IMG/VR virus record: IMGVR_UViG_3300033553_000052
Coordinates: 1,205-65,204 of that record
Source of the DNA: a virus
Lineage: Duplodnaviria; Caudoviricetes
Reading direction: 5' to 3' (one strand)
DNA length: 64,000 nt
The notes beneath the pieces were generated by a model. It made no database searches. It saw only the letters and a list, made by a program, of their open reading frames with translations, and was not told the DNA's origin. A program made the translations under genes and the position numbers. Shown here in pieces: positions 43,679 through 54,162 of this stretch (position 1 is its first letter; the number at the start of each line of letters is the position of its first letter).

Positions 43679-46572
43679 TAGGAGACTTCCTCGTAGGGGA
43701 TGGACATGTCGCCCATCTCAGCCATTCCGGTTCCAGGAAGTGGCGTCCAGTTCGGATTACCGAGTCCGACCTGGAACGTCCTTCCGAACGGAGTGCGAAG
43801 GTAGACGTACTTACGCTTTCTAACCAGGTCCTCAATAGCAGAACGGAACGGGCTAATCCTGTCGGTACCTCTAACCTTTGATTCGATCGTACCAGAGTAC
43901 CCGAGCTCGTCTCCAACATCACGGTGGCGACCTCGCCCAATGACATGGGTTGTAGCAGACTCAAACTCGAGCACCGAAGCATCGCTAACAACTCCGGGAA
44001 TCATAACACTCTTTGAGTTATCTTCAGTGTCGATGAACCAGTACTTGCTTACGCTTACGACAGATACCCTGTTGTCGGTAACTTCATTACTCTCATAGAC
44101 GTAGTAGCCAACAGGACTTTCGACGTCCGCCTCTGACCTGATCGCCACCTGCGTTACCGAGTAGATGTAACTATAGCCGCTCTTGAACATGTAGTCAAGG
44201 TGGCTACGAGCATTGATGTCTGTCAGCACAACAAGCAGTTCCCAGATAGATTCAGTCTGTATCCTGCGGTAGACCTTCCATGCGACGAACGCAGGGTCAG
44301 GGTCTGACCCGTTCCACTCGATCCTGACGTACCCAAGATCCTCTACGCCGGAGATGTCAACGTTGTATCCAATGGCCGGTGGAGACTCAAACACTGACGA
44401 GAAGTTTGATGCGTCTGAACCAACGATGCCGTTACTGTCCGTCACTGTAACAACAACGTAGTAACTCGTGCCGTTGAGTAGCACAACAGACGGCGGCGTA
44501 GCCGTCAAGACCACACCGGCAATGACACTTGACCAGACGAGATCGTTGGTCAGTGTTTCGTAGATAGACACATTGGTACTCGCCTGGGTTCCACCAGAGA
44601 ACAGGCTTAGCGTCCAGTTGATTGTTGGCGAGCCGGAGTCTACCGTTCCACCAGATGCAGGAAGCGTAACTGCAACACTCGGCGGATCGGTAAGCGTAAA
44701 CAGGCCGTACCCACTCCATGCGCTAGGAGTGTCGCCCCCGTCCCATACCATGACGCGCCAGCGAAGCGTTGTGTTCTTGTTTCCAGCACCCACCGCTACT
44801 GCAATAGTAGTCTGCTGGTTAAGGAGTGTAGTAACAAGTGCAACCTTGCCGCTGTCGTAAAGAGATGTTCCGGTTGCGTTGTTTTCGATAACAAGCCTGT
44901 AGGCTGACTGGACATCGTACGGACCAAGGTCTGTAAAGTTAAACACGAAGTTAGTTGTTGCAAAATACTCGTTTACCGCACTGGCGGTAGGTGACACCAC
45001 TGAACCGGACGGAGTGTGCGACTGAATGTAAGAGACTGCAGTACTCCATGCAGTGACATATGCAGTCGCTGTATTAACAACCTTGACTCGAACGTACCAC
45101 GTACCTACCGACAAGTACTGTAACGTATCGGCAACGGTGTACGAGTTATCTACCGACTGTGCCGTGACATTTAGCGTAGCCGTGATAATACCTGATGCAA
45201 AAGTAGCGCTCTTCGAGAACTCTGCAACTATCTGGCTGGCCGAATACAATCCCAGTGAAGTGACAATCACACGGGGGTAGCCTACGCCTACCGTGACGGT
45301 CTGGCCCGTCGTCGGTGTGGTGATCGTAGGCGTACCGCCCGCAGTGGTGAACGGCTGTACGGTTGAGTATGCGCCATTGCCAACAACGTTAGCAGCACGC
45401 ACCTTGCCGAAGTAACCCATGCCGGACAGTAGACCCGAGATTGCTATTGGCGAACCAGAACCAGCAAACGTCTTTACGTTCTGAGTGAACCCGGCGTCAG
45501 TGGCAACCACAAGACTGTACGACGTGATTGCAACTCCACCATTGTCTGCCGGTGGAGTGAATGTCGCGCTTCCGGATGTTGCAAGAAGACTTCCGAACGC
45601 AAGGGCAGTGGGTGCCCCAGGCACAGTGGCCCCTGAAGTAAAGGTTGCGTAAGCGCCATAGGCACTGTCGCCAACGCCGTTTGTTGCCTTGAGCCTTGCG
45701 TAGTAAACGGTAGCCGGGTCGATGCCAGTGAAGTCGTACGGCGATGCGGTCGGAAGAAAGGTAAGAAGTCCAGTTGTGAACCCAGTATCCTTTGCAACCT
45801 GAAGCGTGTAGCCCGTGATCGCTGAACCATTGGCAGCCGGAATGGCCCAAGCCGCACGAGCGCCGTCTACAAGAATGTTGCTGATTGTTGGCGCACCAGG
45901 CGTACTCGGCACAGCCGATGCCGCAACGAAACTCACAACAGCCGACCATGTGGATGCGCCGACAGCGTTGTAAGCCTTGGCCCTCATGTAGTACGTCACG
46001 CCAGCGAGAAGGCCAGTTACAGTATCGCCTCGGTTGTAAGTTCCATGCAAGGAACTGAAGTCCGAGTTGTTATCAACCTGAATATCGTAGTCGGTAATGG
46101 CTGAACGGTTGTCGGGCGGGATGGTGCAGGTCACTACGGCAGTCGTCGTCGTAATCGTGTTGGCGCTTACAACAGGAGCGCCCGGTGCTGCGTTAAGTGT
46201 CGTCAGTCCGAGTGATACGCCGACCGAGCCACTTGTTCCAAAGGTTGATGTTCCAGTAGCACCATAGGCTACCGTGAACGTTACCGTCTTTGTGCCGTCT
46301 GAGTTGTGGGCAATAGTGAAGTACTGATCAATAAACAGGAGCGACCCGCCAGCGGGCACACTAAACGGTCCAGACCCAGACCACGCCGCAGACCCACTAA
46401 CCGACTTAGATATTGAGCTGTTATTATACGACGTGGTCGTGCCGTTATTAATCAGGTATCCACGAACACGAACATAAGAAGTATTGGCGGCGAAGTCGGA
46501 GGAGATCTCGTCTACATAAATACGCCACTGGCCGATGCCAAGAGAGCCAACGTTAACTATGGCAGTTGCCAT
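43678..46572 (-). CDS. minor tail protein with fibronectin type III repeats
   Basis: Three P.AP...NG..IT.Y...L...T.YY.R.KA.N.VG repeats; follows tape measure. Confidence 0.8.
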   Translation of the reverse strand: MATAIVNVGSLGIGQWRIYVDEISSDFAANTSYVRVRGYLINNGTTTSYNNSSISKSVSGSAAWSGSGPFSVPAGGSLLFIDQYFTIAHNSDGTKTVTFTVAYGATGTSTFGTSGSVGVSLGLTTLNAAPGAPVVSANTITTTTAVVTCTIPPDNRSAITDYDIQVDNNSDFSSLHGTYNRGDTVTGLLAGVTYYMRAKAYNAVGASTWSAVVSFVAASAVPSTPGAPTISNILVDGARAAWAIPAANGSAITGYTLQVAKDTGFTTGLLTFLPTASPYDFTGIDPATVYYARLKATNGVGDSAYGAYATFTSGATVPGAPTALAFGSLLATSGSATFTPPADNGGVAITSYSLVVATDAGFTQNVKTFAGSGSPIAISGLLSGMGYFGKVRAANVVGNGAYSTVQPFTTAGGTPTITTPTTGQTVTVGVGYPRVIVTSLGLYSASQIVAEFSKSATFASGIITATLNVTAQSVDNSYTVADTLQYLSVGTWYVRVKVVNTATAYVTAWSTAVSYIQSHTPSGSVVSPTASAVNEYFATTNFVFNFTDLGPYDVQSAYRLVIENNATGTSLYDSGKVALVTTLLNQQTTIAVAVGAGNKNTTLRWRVMVWDGGDTPSAWSGYGLFTLTDPPSVAVTLPASGGTVDSGSPTINWTLSLFSGGTQASTNVSIYETLTNDLVWSSVIAGVVLTATPPSVVLLNGTSYYVVVTVTDSNGIVGSDASNFSSVFESPPAIGYNVDISGVEDLGYVRIEWNGSDPDPAFVAWKVYRRIQTESIWELLVVLTDINARSHLDYMFKSGYSYIYSVTQVAIRSEADVESPVGYYVYESNEVTDNRVSVVSVSKYWFIDTEDNSKSVMIPGVVSDASVLEFESATTHVIGRGRHRDVGDELGYSGTIESKVRGTDRISPFRSAIEDLVRKRKYVYLRTPFGRTFQVGLGNPNWTPLPGTGMAEMGDMSIPYEEVS

Positions 46573-49500
46573 TATCGGCTACCTCCGCTTCCTGCTAGGT
46601 CGCCAAGATTCTCAAGGAACTTCTTCGCGTCGTTCGGGTCTGTAATGTTCGGGAAGGACATGTCACCATAGAAGTTGTTGTTCTGTGTCGAGGCTGAACC
46701 AGACGCCCCGCCGTTGAGTGTGGCATTCGATCCGGTTCCGGCAACTACCGACCTGGCCGCGAGGGCTGCGTCGGTTGACATGCTAGCAATGGCGAACCTG
46801 TTGGCATCACCAGCAGTCCTCAAGATGCTTTCCGAAATGCCCGTTACCGTCTTGAGGATTCCAGGCAGTCCCGAGCTAAGCCCCTTCTCGAGGCCGTCCA
46901 TTATCCATCCACCGGCGGGTACAAGAAGCTTCAGATCGTATTGCTTTGGCCCCTTGTGGTCGGAGATCCATGTGCCAATACCGCTAACAAACTTCTTGGT
47001 ATTCTCCCAGACCTCCTTCATTCCGTCCCAGAATCCCTGGATGATATTCTTTCCAGCATTCTTTAGGATTGTGTTCAGGTTTCCGAGTGCCGTTAGAATG
47101 TTCCCAGGAAGATTAGTGAACCAGGTCTTAGTGCTTTCCCAGATGTTCTTGATGCCGTCCCATAGGCCGGTAATCAAGTCGCCACCCTTGGTCACAAGGA
47201 ATGTTACGGTGTTACCAAGGGCGGAGGCTGCCTTGCCGGGAAGTCCAGTGAACCAGGACACAACGCTACTTACCAGTGCACTGATCTTCTCGATCGCTTG
47301 ATCCTTGAGGTTAATGAACCAGGCGATGACCGACCCGACAAGTTCGACAACCTTCTCTATCGCCTTATTCTTGAGGTCAACGAACCAAGATATTGCCGCT
47401 GTCACAAGGTTAGTAATAAACTCAAGTACCTTGCCTGGGAGGCTCTTGAACCACTCGATGATGGCCGTAATCATATCGGGGATAATCGAGTGCCCAACGA
47501 GTACGTCAGACAGCCACTGGAACGCTCCCACAACTCCATCCTTGATTCCAACGACGACACCCCAAATGAGATCCCACGCCCCACGGAACACCGCGTAGAT
47601 AAGATCCCATGCGCCCATGAAGATGTCAACGATGCCCGCCCAGGCCATAGCCAAGTCACCCGAGAAGATTCCCCGGAAGAACTCAACTAAACCAGCGAAG
47701 ACTCGTATGATGGCGGTGACGATACTGACAACAGTGTTAATGAGCGGCACGATAACATTCGCAACAATGTTAGAAATGATGATTGCGAGTACGCCGACAA
47801 ACCCAACGATGGAGGCGACAACAGCACCAATGACTTGCATTATCACCGGGAACGCAGGCTGAATCTTTGCCCAAGCATCTCGGAAACCCTGGAACACGCC
47901 GCCGAATGCATCTCCGAACTTTGCGAACTCGGGCTCAAGATTGGCCCACGCCTTACTGAAGGACGCCTTGATCTCGTCCCACAGGCCGGAGAACGGCTCG
48001 GTAATCTGTGCCCACCAACCGCTCGCCGCCGACCCGATAGTCGTGTCCGAGCCAAACAGATCTCCGATACTCCTGAATGGTGCCCACCAGTCCACTGCAC
48101 CTGCGGCATCAACAATACCCTGCCAAAGGTTGCCGAAGATTGGCGATACGTTAGTTGCCCACCACTGCTGGAACTGTCCCCACCTTGCCTTGATGGGGCC
48201 AAAGATGTCCATGTCATTAAACATCGTGGAGGTCGTGTCCATGAACTCGTCAAGCCAGGTCTGAATATCCCCCTGGTCGTCGCTGATTGTAAAGGCGTCG
48301 CCAACGTCGGGGAACGCCCCGCCTGCGGCACCGTAGAAGTTATCGAGTGCCGGAGACTGGGAACCGGCTCCGCCCCTGGCAGATGCTAGCGAAGCCTCCA
48401 TGTCCTTGGCGGCACTGATGACTTCCTCGATGGCATCGCGGATACCCGTGATCTCGTCGTTCAGTCCCGAGTAGACTTGCTTCAATGCGTCGAGCGTCTT
48501 GGACTGGGTATCGTAAGCAAGTTGCGCCGCGTTTACGCTAGCGTTGGCCGCGTCGAGCAGTACCTGCTGGTCGCCCAGCGCCGCGTTAGAAAGATCGTAC
48601 GCAGCTTGAAGCTGGTCAACTGCAACCCTCTGTGTCTGCAGGCCGGTGATGATATCACCGAACGGAAGCTCGCTGTATGAATTAGCGAGCTGGTCAATCT
48701 GCCTCGTCAGTGGATCGAACGCAAGCGACTGCTCTAGATCGAGTATTTCGCCGGTGCGCTGCAGTGCATCTAGTTGCGTCTGCAGATCATTGAGTGGAGC
48801 AACCTGTCCCTTGATGACATCGCCCTGGCCCTGGAGTACATCAATCTGATCCTGGTAGGTCTGCAGGATATCTCCGCTTGCGCCACCGGCCCGAAGGTCG
48901 GCCTGCGTACCACGTAGGGCTTCGATCTCTCCGTTGAGCGATGCGAGCTGGCCCTGGAGGTCAGACAGGCTAACGTTGTTCAGTTGCAGCATCTGGAGCT
49001 GCAGCGCCTTCTCCGCCATCTGGTTATCGAAGATTGCATCGGACATTGCGCGCATGCCTTCGATGGGCGTGCTCGCAAAGTCACTGAGTACCTGCTCTGC
49101 TTCGCTAAGGCTGTTGCTCAATACGTTCGTGCTATCGGACAGTAAGTTAAACTGGTCCTGAACAATCTTCGCACTGTTCTTGGCGTTCTCAAGCGAATTG
49201 GACAGTCCGTCAACGATAGCCTGCTGTGCATCCACAGCCGCAGACACTTGGTCAAGGTCGGCCTGTAGTGGTCCGAGCTGGGCGATGAGTGCATCGTATG
49301 CGCTAGCCGCACCAGGCCCAGCACTTCCGCCAATGGTTGACCGCTCTTGTGACTGAGTGAACGCCTTGTACTCGGCGAGGAATCCGGCAACAGCGCCACC
49401 GAAACTACTGAGGGAGTTGTAGGCACTTCGCATGTGCCCCTCGATGACGGTTGCTACAAGTCCAAACTGCTGACCAACGATTGCGAGTCCGTTTGTAACG

Positions 49501-51707
49501 TTCTCAACGAGCGACGGGGAGTGGCGTGCGAACGGGTTGATGTAGGAGAAGAACTCGTAGATCTTCAGGGCAACTACCTTGACCATGTGAAGTACCGCCA
49601 TTAGCGGCGCACGCACACCCTCGGGTAGCCTCTGCATGCCATTACGAATTGCCACAAGCGCACGGTTCCAGAGGTCAGTGATTCCCTGCCACGCCTTGCC
49701 GATTGGGGTAGTTGCATCGCCAACCTGCCTTGCGATGTTGCTAAAGAACTCCCCTATTTGCTTCCTAAAGATTACAAGTATCGCAACGACTGCAATAATC
49801 GCAATGCCCCACGGGCCGGTAAGGAACCCAATAATGGCAGTGCCCCACGCAGAGAGCATTGGGATGATAACGGCAAGTCCACGCATGATAGCCGGGCCGA
49901 TACCAGCAAGGCCCTTCATAATTGCAGGGCCGATACCCTTTATTACTCCAATAAGCTTTGGGCCTAGACCCTTGAAGCCTGCAACAAACCTTGCAATGAA
50001 TCCACCGCTAGCAGCCGCTCCCGCTCCCGCTGCCCCTGCGCTAAAGGTATTAAACGACATTCTCGTCATTACCGTACGGTTCATGCCTCTAACCATTGAG
50101 ACATTATAGGCTGTCGCCCATGCGTTGCCAGCCACCGCGCCGCCAACTGCGGACTGCTCTGCCATAGTAGCCTGCGCCGTGCCCATGGTGGCGACGACCT
50201 TTGCAATAGTCTTGCGAACGCGACCTGCCGCACCGCTAACCGAACCTGCAACGGCACTCACGGCACCGCCCACCAAACCAAACACGCCAAAGAACTTAGT
50301 TACCAGTCCACCAATCGACCCCATTAGAAGGCCGATCCTTCCGATGGCAACCGCGAGCGAACCGAGGAGTACAAGTGGCGGGCCTAGCACCGCAAGGAGC
50401 GCGAGGAACCCAATTATAAGCTTCTGTAGACCTGGATCAAGCTGGGAGAACTTCTTTATGAGTGTTGCAAACGATCCAACGATCCAAAGGATCTGAGGCA
50501 TCAGCTGGGCGAGCACTTCCATGAGGGAGTTCTGAATCACAATGCCAGCGCGCTTCACGGCATAGGGACTGGAGCTAAGTACGGAATTAAGCTCATCGGA
50601 GGCCAGTCGAGCGACATCGGCCTTCCTTGCCAAGAGCTCCAACGTCTTCGTGTAGTAACCATTCGTCTCGCTATTGCCATCAACGTGGTAAGCGAGCTCG
50701 CGCATGAGGACGTCGAACTTGTTGATCTGTCTACGTGAGGCAATGGTGGACGACATCACTCCGGCTTGCGCCGAGATCATGTCCTGACTGGCTCCATCTA
50801 GGTGCATATATGCATCAGCAAGAGTCTCGAGGCGCTCTGCGCCATTAAGGCTCGACCAGGACACTTCGTCGATCTCAATACCAACGGCCTTCATGAGGTC
50901 ACGTGCCTCGCCGGTCGGGCCAAGCATACGAGAGAGGATCGTCTTGAGTGACGTTCCTGCCTCGCTTGCGCTACCTGCCGCAGGCGACAATGCCGCGATC
51001 ATTGCAGCAAGGTGCTCCACGTCAACACCGGCAGACCGGGCAGCTGATGCGGAACGACTCATACCTTGGACGAGTCCGCCCATCGTTGCGCCGGTCGTGT
51101 TCTCTGTAGCGTTAAGAACCTCGATGATTCCGACAAGGGTCTTCGTATCGGCACCATACTGAGCCTGAATGGCGATGAGTGCCTGCGTGGCTTCTGCTGC
51201 CTCAAGTTCACCGAGGACCATGGTCTTAAGTGTAGTCTCAACCCCGCGCGCTAGTCCGCCGCCCATCGCGCCAGCCGCAGCCCAGTCTGCTGCGATGTTA
51301 GCGACATCTGCGCGGGAGGTTGCGTACTTCACGGACAGGAGGTCGAACGCCTTGCCGAGGCCGTTAACGTCTTCAGCGAACCGTGCAGGTCCGGTCGCCG
51401 CGTCGCCGTAGACCTTCTGAATACGAACCATTGCGGCTTCGTTATCGAGAACAAGTTTTGTTACCATATAACCTGCGGCGGCTAGCGGTAGCGTGAAGTT
51501 GGCAACGAGCTGACGACCGGCCCACTGCATCTGCGAACCCCACTTGGAGATGTTCGCAAACGCCTGCGAAGTAATCATGCCAGTGCTCGCGACAGCACCC
51601 ATGCCCATCTGTGCTCGGAGCATAGCGACCTCGGCCCTGAGGGCCTCGATCTCCTTGCGCGCGTTCGCCGCCATTACGCGAACGGTAATGTTCATCATCG
51701 AGTTCAT
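46572..51707 (-). CDS. tape measure protein
   Basis: 1711 aa Ala/Gly-rich helical repeats; SEAGTSLKTIL motif; downstream of tail chaperones. Confidence 0.95.
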   Translation of the reverse strand: MNSMMNITVRVMAANARKEIEALRAEVAMLRAQMGMGAVASTGMITSQAFANISKWGSQMQWAGRQLVANFTLPLAAAGYMVTKLVLDNEAAMVRIQKVYGDAATGPARFAEDVNGLGKAFDLLSVKYATSRADVANIAADWAAAGAMGGGLARGVETTLKTMVLGELEAAEATQALIAIQAQYGADTKTLVGIIEVLNATENTTGATMGGLVQGMSRSASAARSAGVDVEHLAAMIAALSPAAGSASEAGTSLKTILSRMLGPTGEARDLMKAVGIEIDEVSWSSLNGAERLETLADAYMHLDGASQDMISAQAGVMSSTIASRRQINKFDVLMRELAYHVDGNSETNGYYTKTLELLARKADVARLASDELNSVLSSSPYAVKRAGIVIQNSLMEVLAQLMPQILWIVGSFATLIKKFSQLDPGLQKLIIGFLALLAVLGPPLVLLGSLAVAIGRIGLLMGSIGGLVTKFFGVFGLVGGAVSAVAGSVSGAAGRVRKTIAKVVATMGTAQATMAEQSAVGGAVAGNAWATAYNVSMVRGMNRTVMTRMSFNTFSAGAAGAGAAASGGFIARFVAGFKGLGPKLIGVIKGIGPAIMKGLAGIGPAIMRGLAVIIPMLSAWGTAIIGFLTGPWGIAIIAVVAILVIFRKQIGEFFSNIARQVGDATTPIGKAWQGITDLWNRALVAIRNGMQRLPEGVRAPLMAVLHMVKVVALKIYEFFSYINPFARHSPSLVENVTNGLAIVGQQFGLVATVIEGHMRSAYNSLSSFGGAVAGFLAEYKAFTQSQERSTIGGSAGPGAASAYDALIAQLGPLQADLDQVSAAVDAQQAIVDGLSNSLENAKNSAKIVQDQFNLLSDSTNVLSNSLSEAEQVLSDFASTPIEGMRAMSDAIFDNQMAEKALQLQMLQLNNVSLSDLQGQLASLNGEIEALRGTQADLRAGGASGDILQTYQDQIDVLQGQGDVIKGQVAPLNDLQTQLDALQRTGEILDLEQSLAFDPLTRQIDQLANSYSELPFGDIITGLQTQRVAVDQLQAAYDLSNAALGDQQVLLDAANASVNAAQLAYDTQSKTLDALKQVYSGLNDEITGIRDAIEEVISAAKDMEASLASARGGAGSQSPALDNFYGAAGGAFPDVGDAFTISDDQGDIQTWLDEFMDTTSTMFNDMDIFGPIKARWGQFQQWWATNVSPIFGNLWQGIVDAAGAVDWWAPFRSIGDLFGSDTTIGSAASGWWAQITEPFSGLWDEIKASFSKAWANLEPEFAKFGDAFGGVFQGFRDAWAKIQPAFPVIMQVIGAVVASIVGFVGVLAIIISNIVANVIVPLINTVVSIVTAIIRVFAGLVEFFRGIFSGDLAMAWAGIVDIFMGAWDLIYAVFRGAWDLIWGVVVGIKDGVVGAFQWLSDVLVGHSIIPDMITAIIEWFKSLPGKVLEFITNLVTAAISWFVDLKNKAIEKVVELVGSVIAWFINLKDQAIEKISALVSSVVSWFTGLPGKAASALGNTVTFLVTKGGDLITGLWDGIKNIWESTKTWFTNLPGNILTALGNLNTILKNAGKNIIQGFWDGMKEVWENTKKFVSGIGTWISDHKGPKQYDLKLLVPAGGWIMDGLEKGLSSGLPGILKTVTGISESILRTAGDANRFAIASMSTDAALAARSVVAGTGSNATLNGGASGSASTQNNNFYGDMSFPNITDPNDAKKFLENLGDLAGSGGSR

Positions 51708-51814
51708 TAGATAACCTCGATGGTATTAACAGAGTTCTGGCGAGCTTTGTGCTTGATGTTTTTGCCAGCCGGGAGTAGACTCTCAACCTTGCTGGCCACA
51801 GCAGTATTGCTCAC
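51707..51814 (-). CDS. 35-aa ORF translationally coupled to tape measure (not in ORF track)
   Basis: GTG-SNTAVASKVESLLPAGKNIKHKARQNSVNTIEVI*; AAAGGGG RBS; TAATG overlap with TMP start. Confidence 0.5.
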   Translation of the reverse strand: MSNTAVASKVESLLPAGKNIKHKARQNSVNTIEVI

Positions 51815-51867
51815 TTTGACCCCTTTGGACTTTGCGTGGACTGTCCGTTAAGGGCCTCGTTGTGCCC

Positions 51868-51920
51868 GACAAGAAAAGAATAGACCGGACGCTGGCGATT
51901 GTCAACCTGCGCCCGGCCTA
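51868..51920 (-). terminator. intrinsic terminator with embedded promoter
   Basis: TAGGCCGGGCGC/GCGTCCGGTCTA stem followed by TTCTTTTCTT; contains TTGACA(51905)-17-TATTCT(51882). Confidence 0.7.
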
Positions 51921-51941
51921 AACGTACACATAGCCGAATAA

Positions 51942-52720
51942 CTACCTTGACCTACTTCTAGGCTTGTTGCTCTCGGCCTTTCGCTTTCTTTCGTCCTCCG
52001 CGTCCTTCTTTCCCTGGAGATCCCAAATAATCTCCCAGTACCGAAGGAGCTCTGGGTCCTGTGCGTAGACCCCGCCTTCCAATGGAAGGTGAGCCCATTT
52101 CATTTTCGAGCATGTTGCAAACATTCTTATTGCACTATGCGGATTAGTTATGGGCTCACCATTCACAAAGTCTCTGGCCTGGCGAAGGAAGACTATTCCC
52201 CCGCTTCCCTCTTGACTGCGGCCTCGCGAAGCTCGTTGAGGTTCTCGATCTCGCGATCAATGTCCTCGACCGTCATGTCAGTAAGGAGCCACGGGTTGTA
52301 CTTGCGGCAGGCCTTCTCGATGCCCTCGACAATCACCGGGTCCGCCATGGCGAGCCACTTCTCGAAGCTGTTTGGACCCGCCTTCTGGTGGAAGTCCACA
52401 AGCTCCGGCTTGCCGTCGGAACCCTTCTTGAACATGTGCCAGCCGACGACACACGTCATAAGAAGCGCCTTGCGCTCTGCTGCCGGGTCAGCCTTAAGGC
52501 GAGCGTCACCAGTGTTCCTTGCGACAGTGATATCGCTTCGAGTGTCGTTCTGGTACTTGGACTTCTCTCCCTCGTTCATCTTCTTGATCTCGACGTACTG
52601 CTCGCCGTCAGGAAGGAGGTGCTTCGTGGTATCCGAGAAGCCCCAGTAGTCAACGAACACCTGCTCTTCGGTTGCTACTCCGGCAGCTGCGGCTGCTTCT
52701 ACGTCCATGTTGCTTTCCAT
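51942..52720 (-). CDS. tail assembly chaperones G/GT with -1 programmed frameshift
   Basis: ORF 52193-52720 ends GCG GGG GAA TAG; slippery GGGGGAA (52196-52202); -1 frame reads GIVFLRQARDFVNGEP... into ORF 51942-52166. Confidence 0.9.
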
Positions 52721-52754
52721 TATTGGCCCTCCTTGAGCCTAGTGTGCTTTAGTA

Positions 52755-52807
52755 AAGAGGAACAACCCGGACCCTACGCACGTTGATAACGGCATAGAGT
52801 CCGGGTT
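52755..52807 (-). terminator. terminator after major tail gene
   Basis: AACCCGGACTCTATGC/GCGTAGGGTCCGGGTT stem followed by a U-rich run. Confidence 0.65.
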
Positions 52808-52827
52808 GTGAGTAACCTCTCGATGCG

Positions 52828-53841
52828 CTACGCGATGGCGGCAGCACCATTCTGCACCACAACGGTCATAATGTCAACACCGGGGGTGGGGCGTACGGCC
52901 TGCATCTCGACATCGTTCTCAAGGATGTCGTCGCCGGACGGTGAGAATGCGAACGGCTTGAGGATCACCTTCGGGAAGGTAAGCACGATGCTCGACTTGA
53001 CTGCCGTGGCACCGACGTTCTCGTAGGTCTCGCAGGTGATAACAAGCGGGCTCTTGGTGGTGATACCACCGGGAGCCGTAGCCGCCGCAGTTCCGTAAGT
53101 TGCCTGACGGAACGTCGTCTCATCCTGGTGACGAAGCTTCACGGACAGCGTGATCTCGCGGCGCTTCGGCGTCAGGTCGTTGATGAAGAACGAACCAAGG
53201 CGGAAGTCGTCATCCTCGAAGTTGTTGCTGATATCAAGGCTGAACGACTTGGCCGGCAACGTAACACCATCGTAAGTCATGTTGATGTTCGTGCCGACGA
53301 TCATAGGCGAGTTGTCCCAGATGGGGGCAACCTCGGGTACGGCGTTCACCGTCTGCAAACGCGCGATGAGTCCACACGTTCCGGTCAGGTAGCCATTGGC
53401 CTCGGCTTCCAGGTGGAACGTGTTGACCACGACATCGAGATAGTCGTACGCGTCAAGACCAGACCCGATTCGCTCCTGAACAGAAAGGAACGGAAGTTGT
53501 CCGGCATCTGATGGCGTGATGGTGTGCTGCGTTACGCCAACCGCGGGAGTGGCCGCAGTGGTGACTGCGGTTCCAAGTACGGCACGAAGCAGCGTGGTAA
53601 TCGCTTCGAGTCGAACGTAGAAATCAAAGTCACCGCTGTAGGACACGGTGCCAAGGTACGCATCAACAACATCTCGGCCTCCGCCGATCTCTGCGTCTGG
53701 CACCATAAGCTCCCTGTTGGGAGCAAGCGAGCCGCTGCGAAGTTTCATCGCAACGCCTGTAGCGTTGTCAAGGGTTGCGGCTACGCCAGCGGCACTCTGA
53801 GTGCCGAGAATGATCTGACCGGCCTGCGAGCTGAATCCCAT
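52828..53841 (-). CDS. major tail tube protein
   Basis: 337 aa; position upstream of chaperones; TQHTITP...P..SVQ and F.L.I.NN motifs. Confidence 0.85.
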   Translation of the reverse strand: MGFSSQAGQIILGTQSAAGVAATLDNATGVAMKLRSGSLAPNRELMVPDAEIGGGRDVVDAYLGTVSYSGDFDFYVRLEAITTLLRAVLGTAVTTAATPAVGVTQHTITPSDAGQLPFLSVQERIGSGLDAYDYLDVVVNTFHLEAEANGYLTGTCGLIARLQTVNAVPEVAPIWDNSPMIVGTNINMTYDGVTLPAKSFSLDISNNFEDDDFRLGSFFINDLTPKRREITLSVKLRHQDETTFRQATYGTAAATAPGGITTKSPLVITCETYENVGATAVKSSIVLTFPKVILKPFAFSPSGDDILENDVEMQAVRPTPGVDIMTVVVQNGAAAIA

Positions 53842-53844
53842 GGC

Positions 53845-54162
53845 TTACTTATCCTTTCCACTTGCGGGAGCCTTCGCGCCCTTGTTGTCGTCGGGAGCAG
53901 GCGGCTGGACAGCATCCTGCACTACGACCGCTGGTGTTGATGCGCTTGCGCGGCCCGCCCGAAGACGTTGCTGATACTCGAGCTCCGTCTTCAGTTGAGA
54001 TTCTTCGGACTTAAGAGACCTGAGCTTTACGGCCTCCGACGCCTTGGCCTCATCGGCCAGGCGTTCATTGAGCAGTTGCTTGGTCTGTGCCCGAAGATCG
54101 GCGTTGACCTGCTCCTGCTTTTCTACTTCGGTAAGCCCCTTGGGGTTACTCGTCTCAGACAT
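53845..54162 (-). CDS. hypothetical coiled-coil protein
   Basis: Start 54162 with GGAG RBS. Confidence 0.7.
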   Translation of the reverse strand: MSETSNPKGLTEVEKQEQVNADLRAQTKQLLNERLADEAKASEAVKLRSLKSEESQLKTELEYQQRLRAGRASASTPAVVVQDAVQPPAPDDNKGAKAPASGKDK

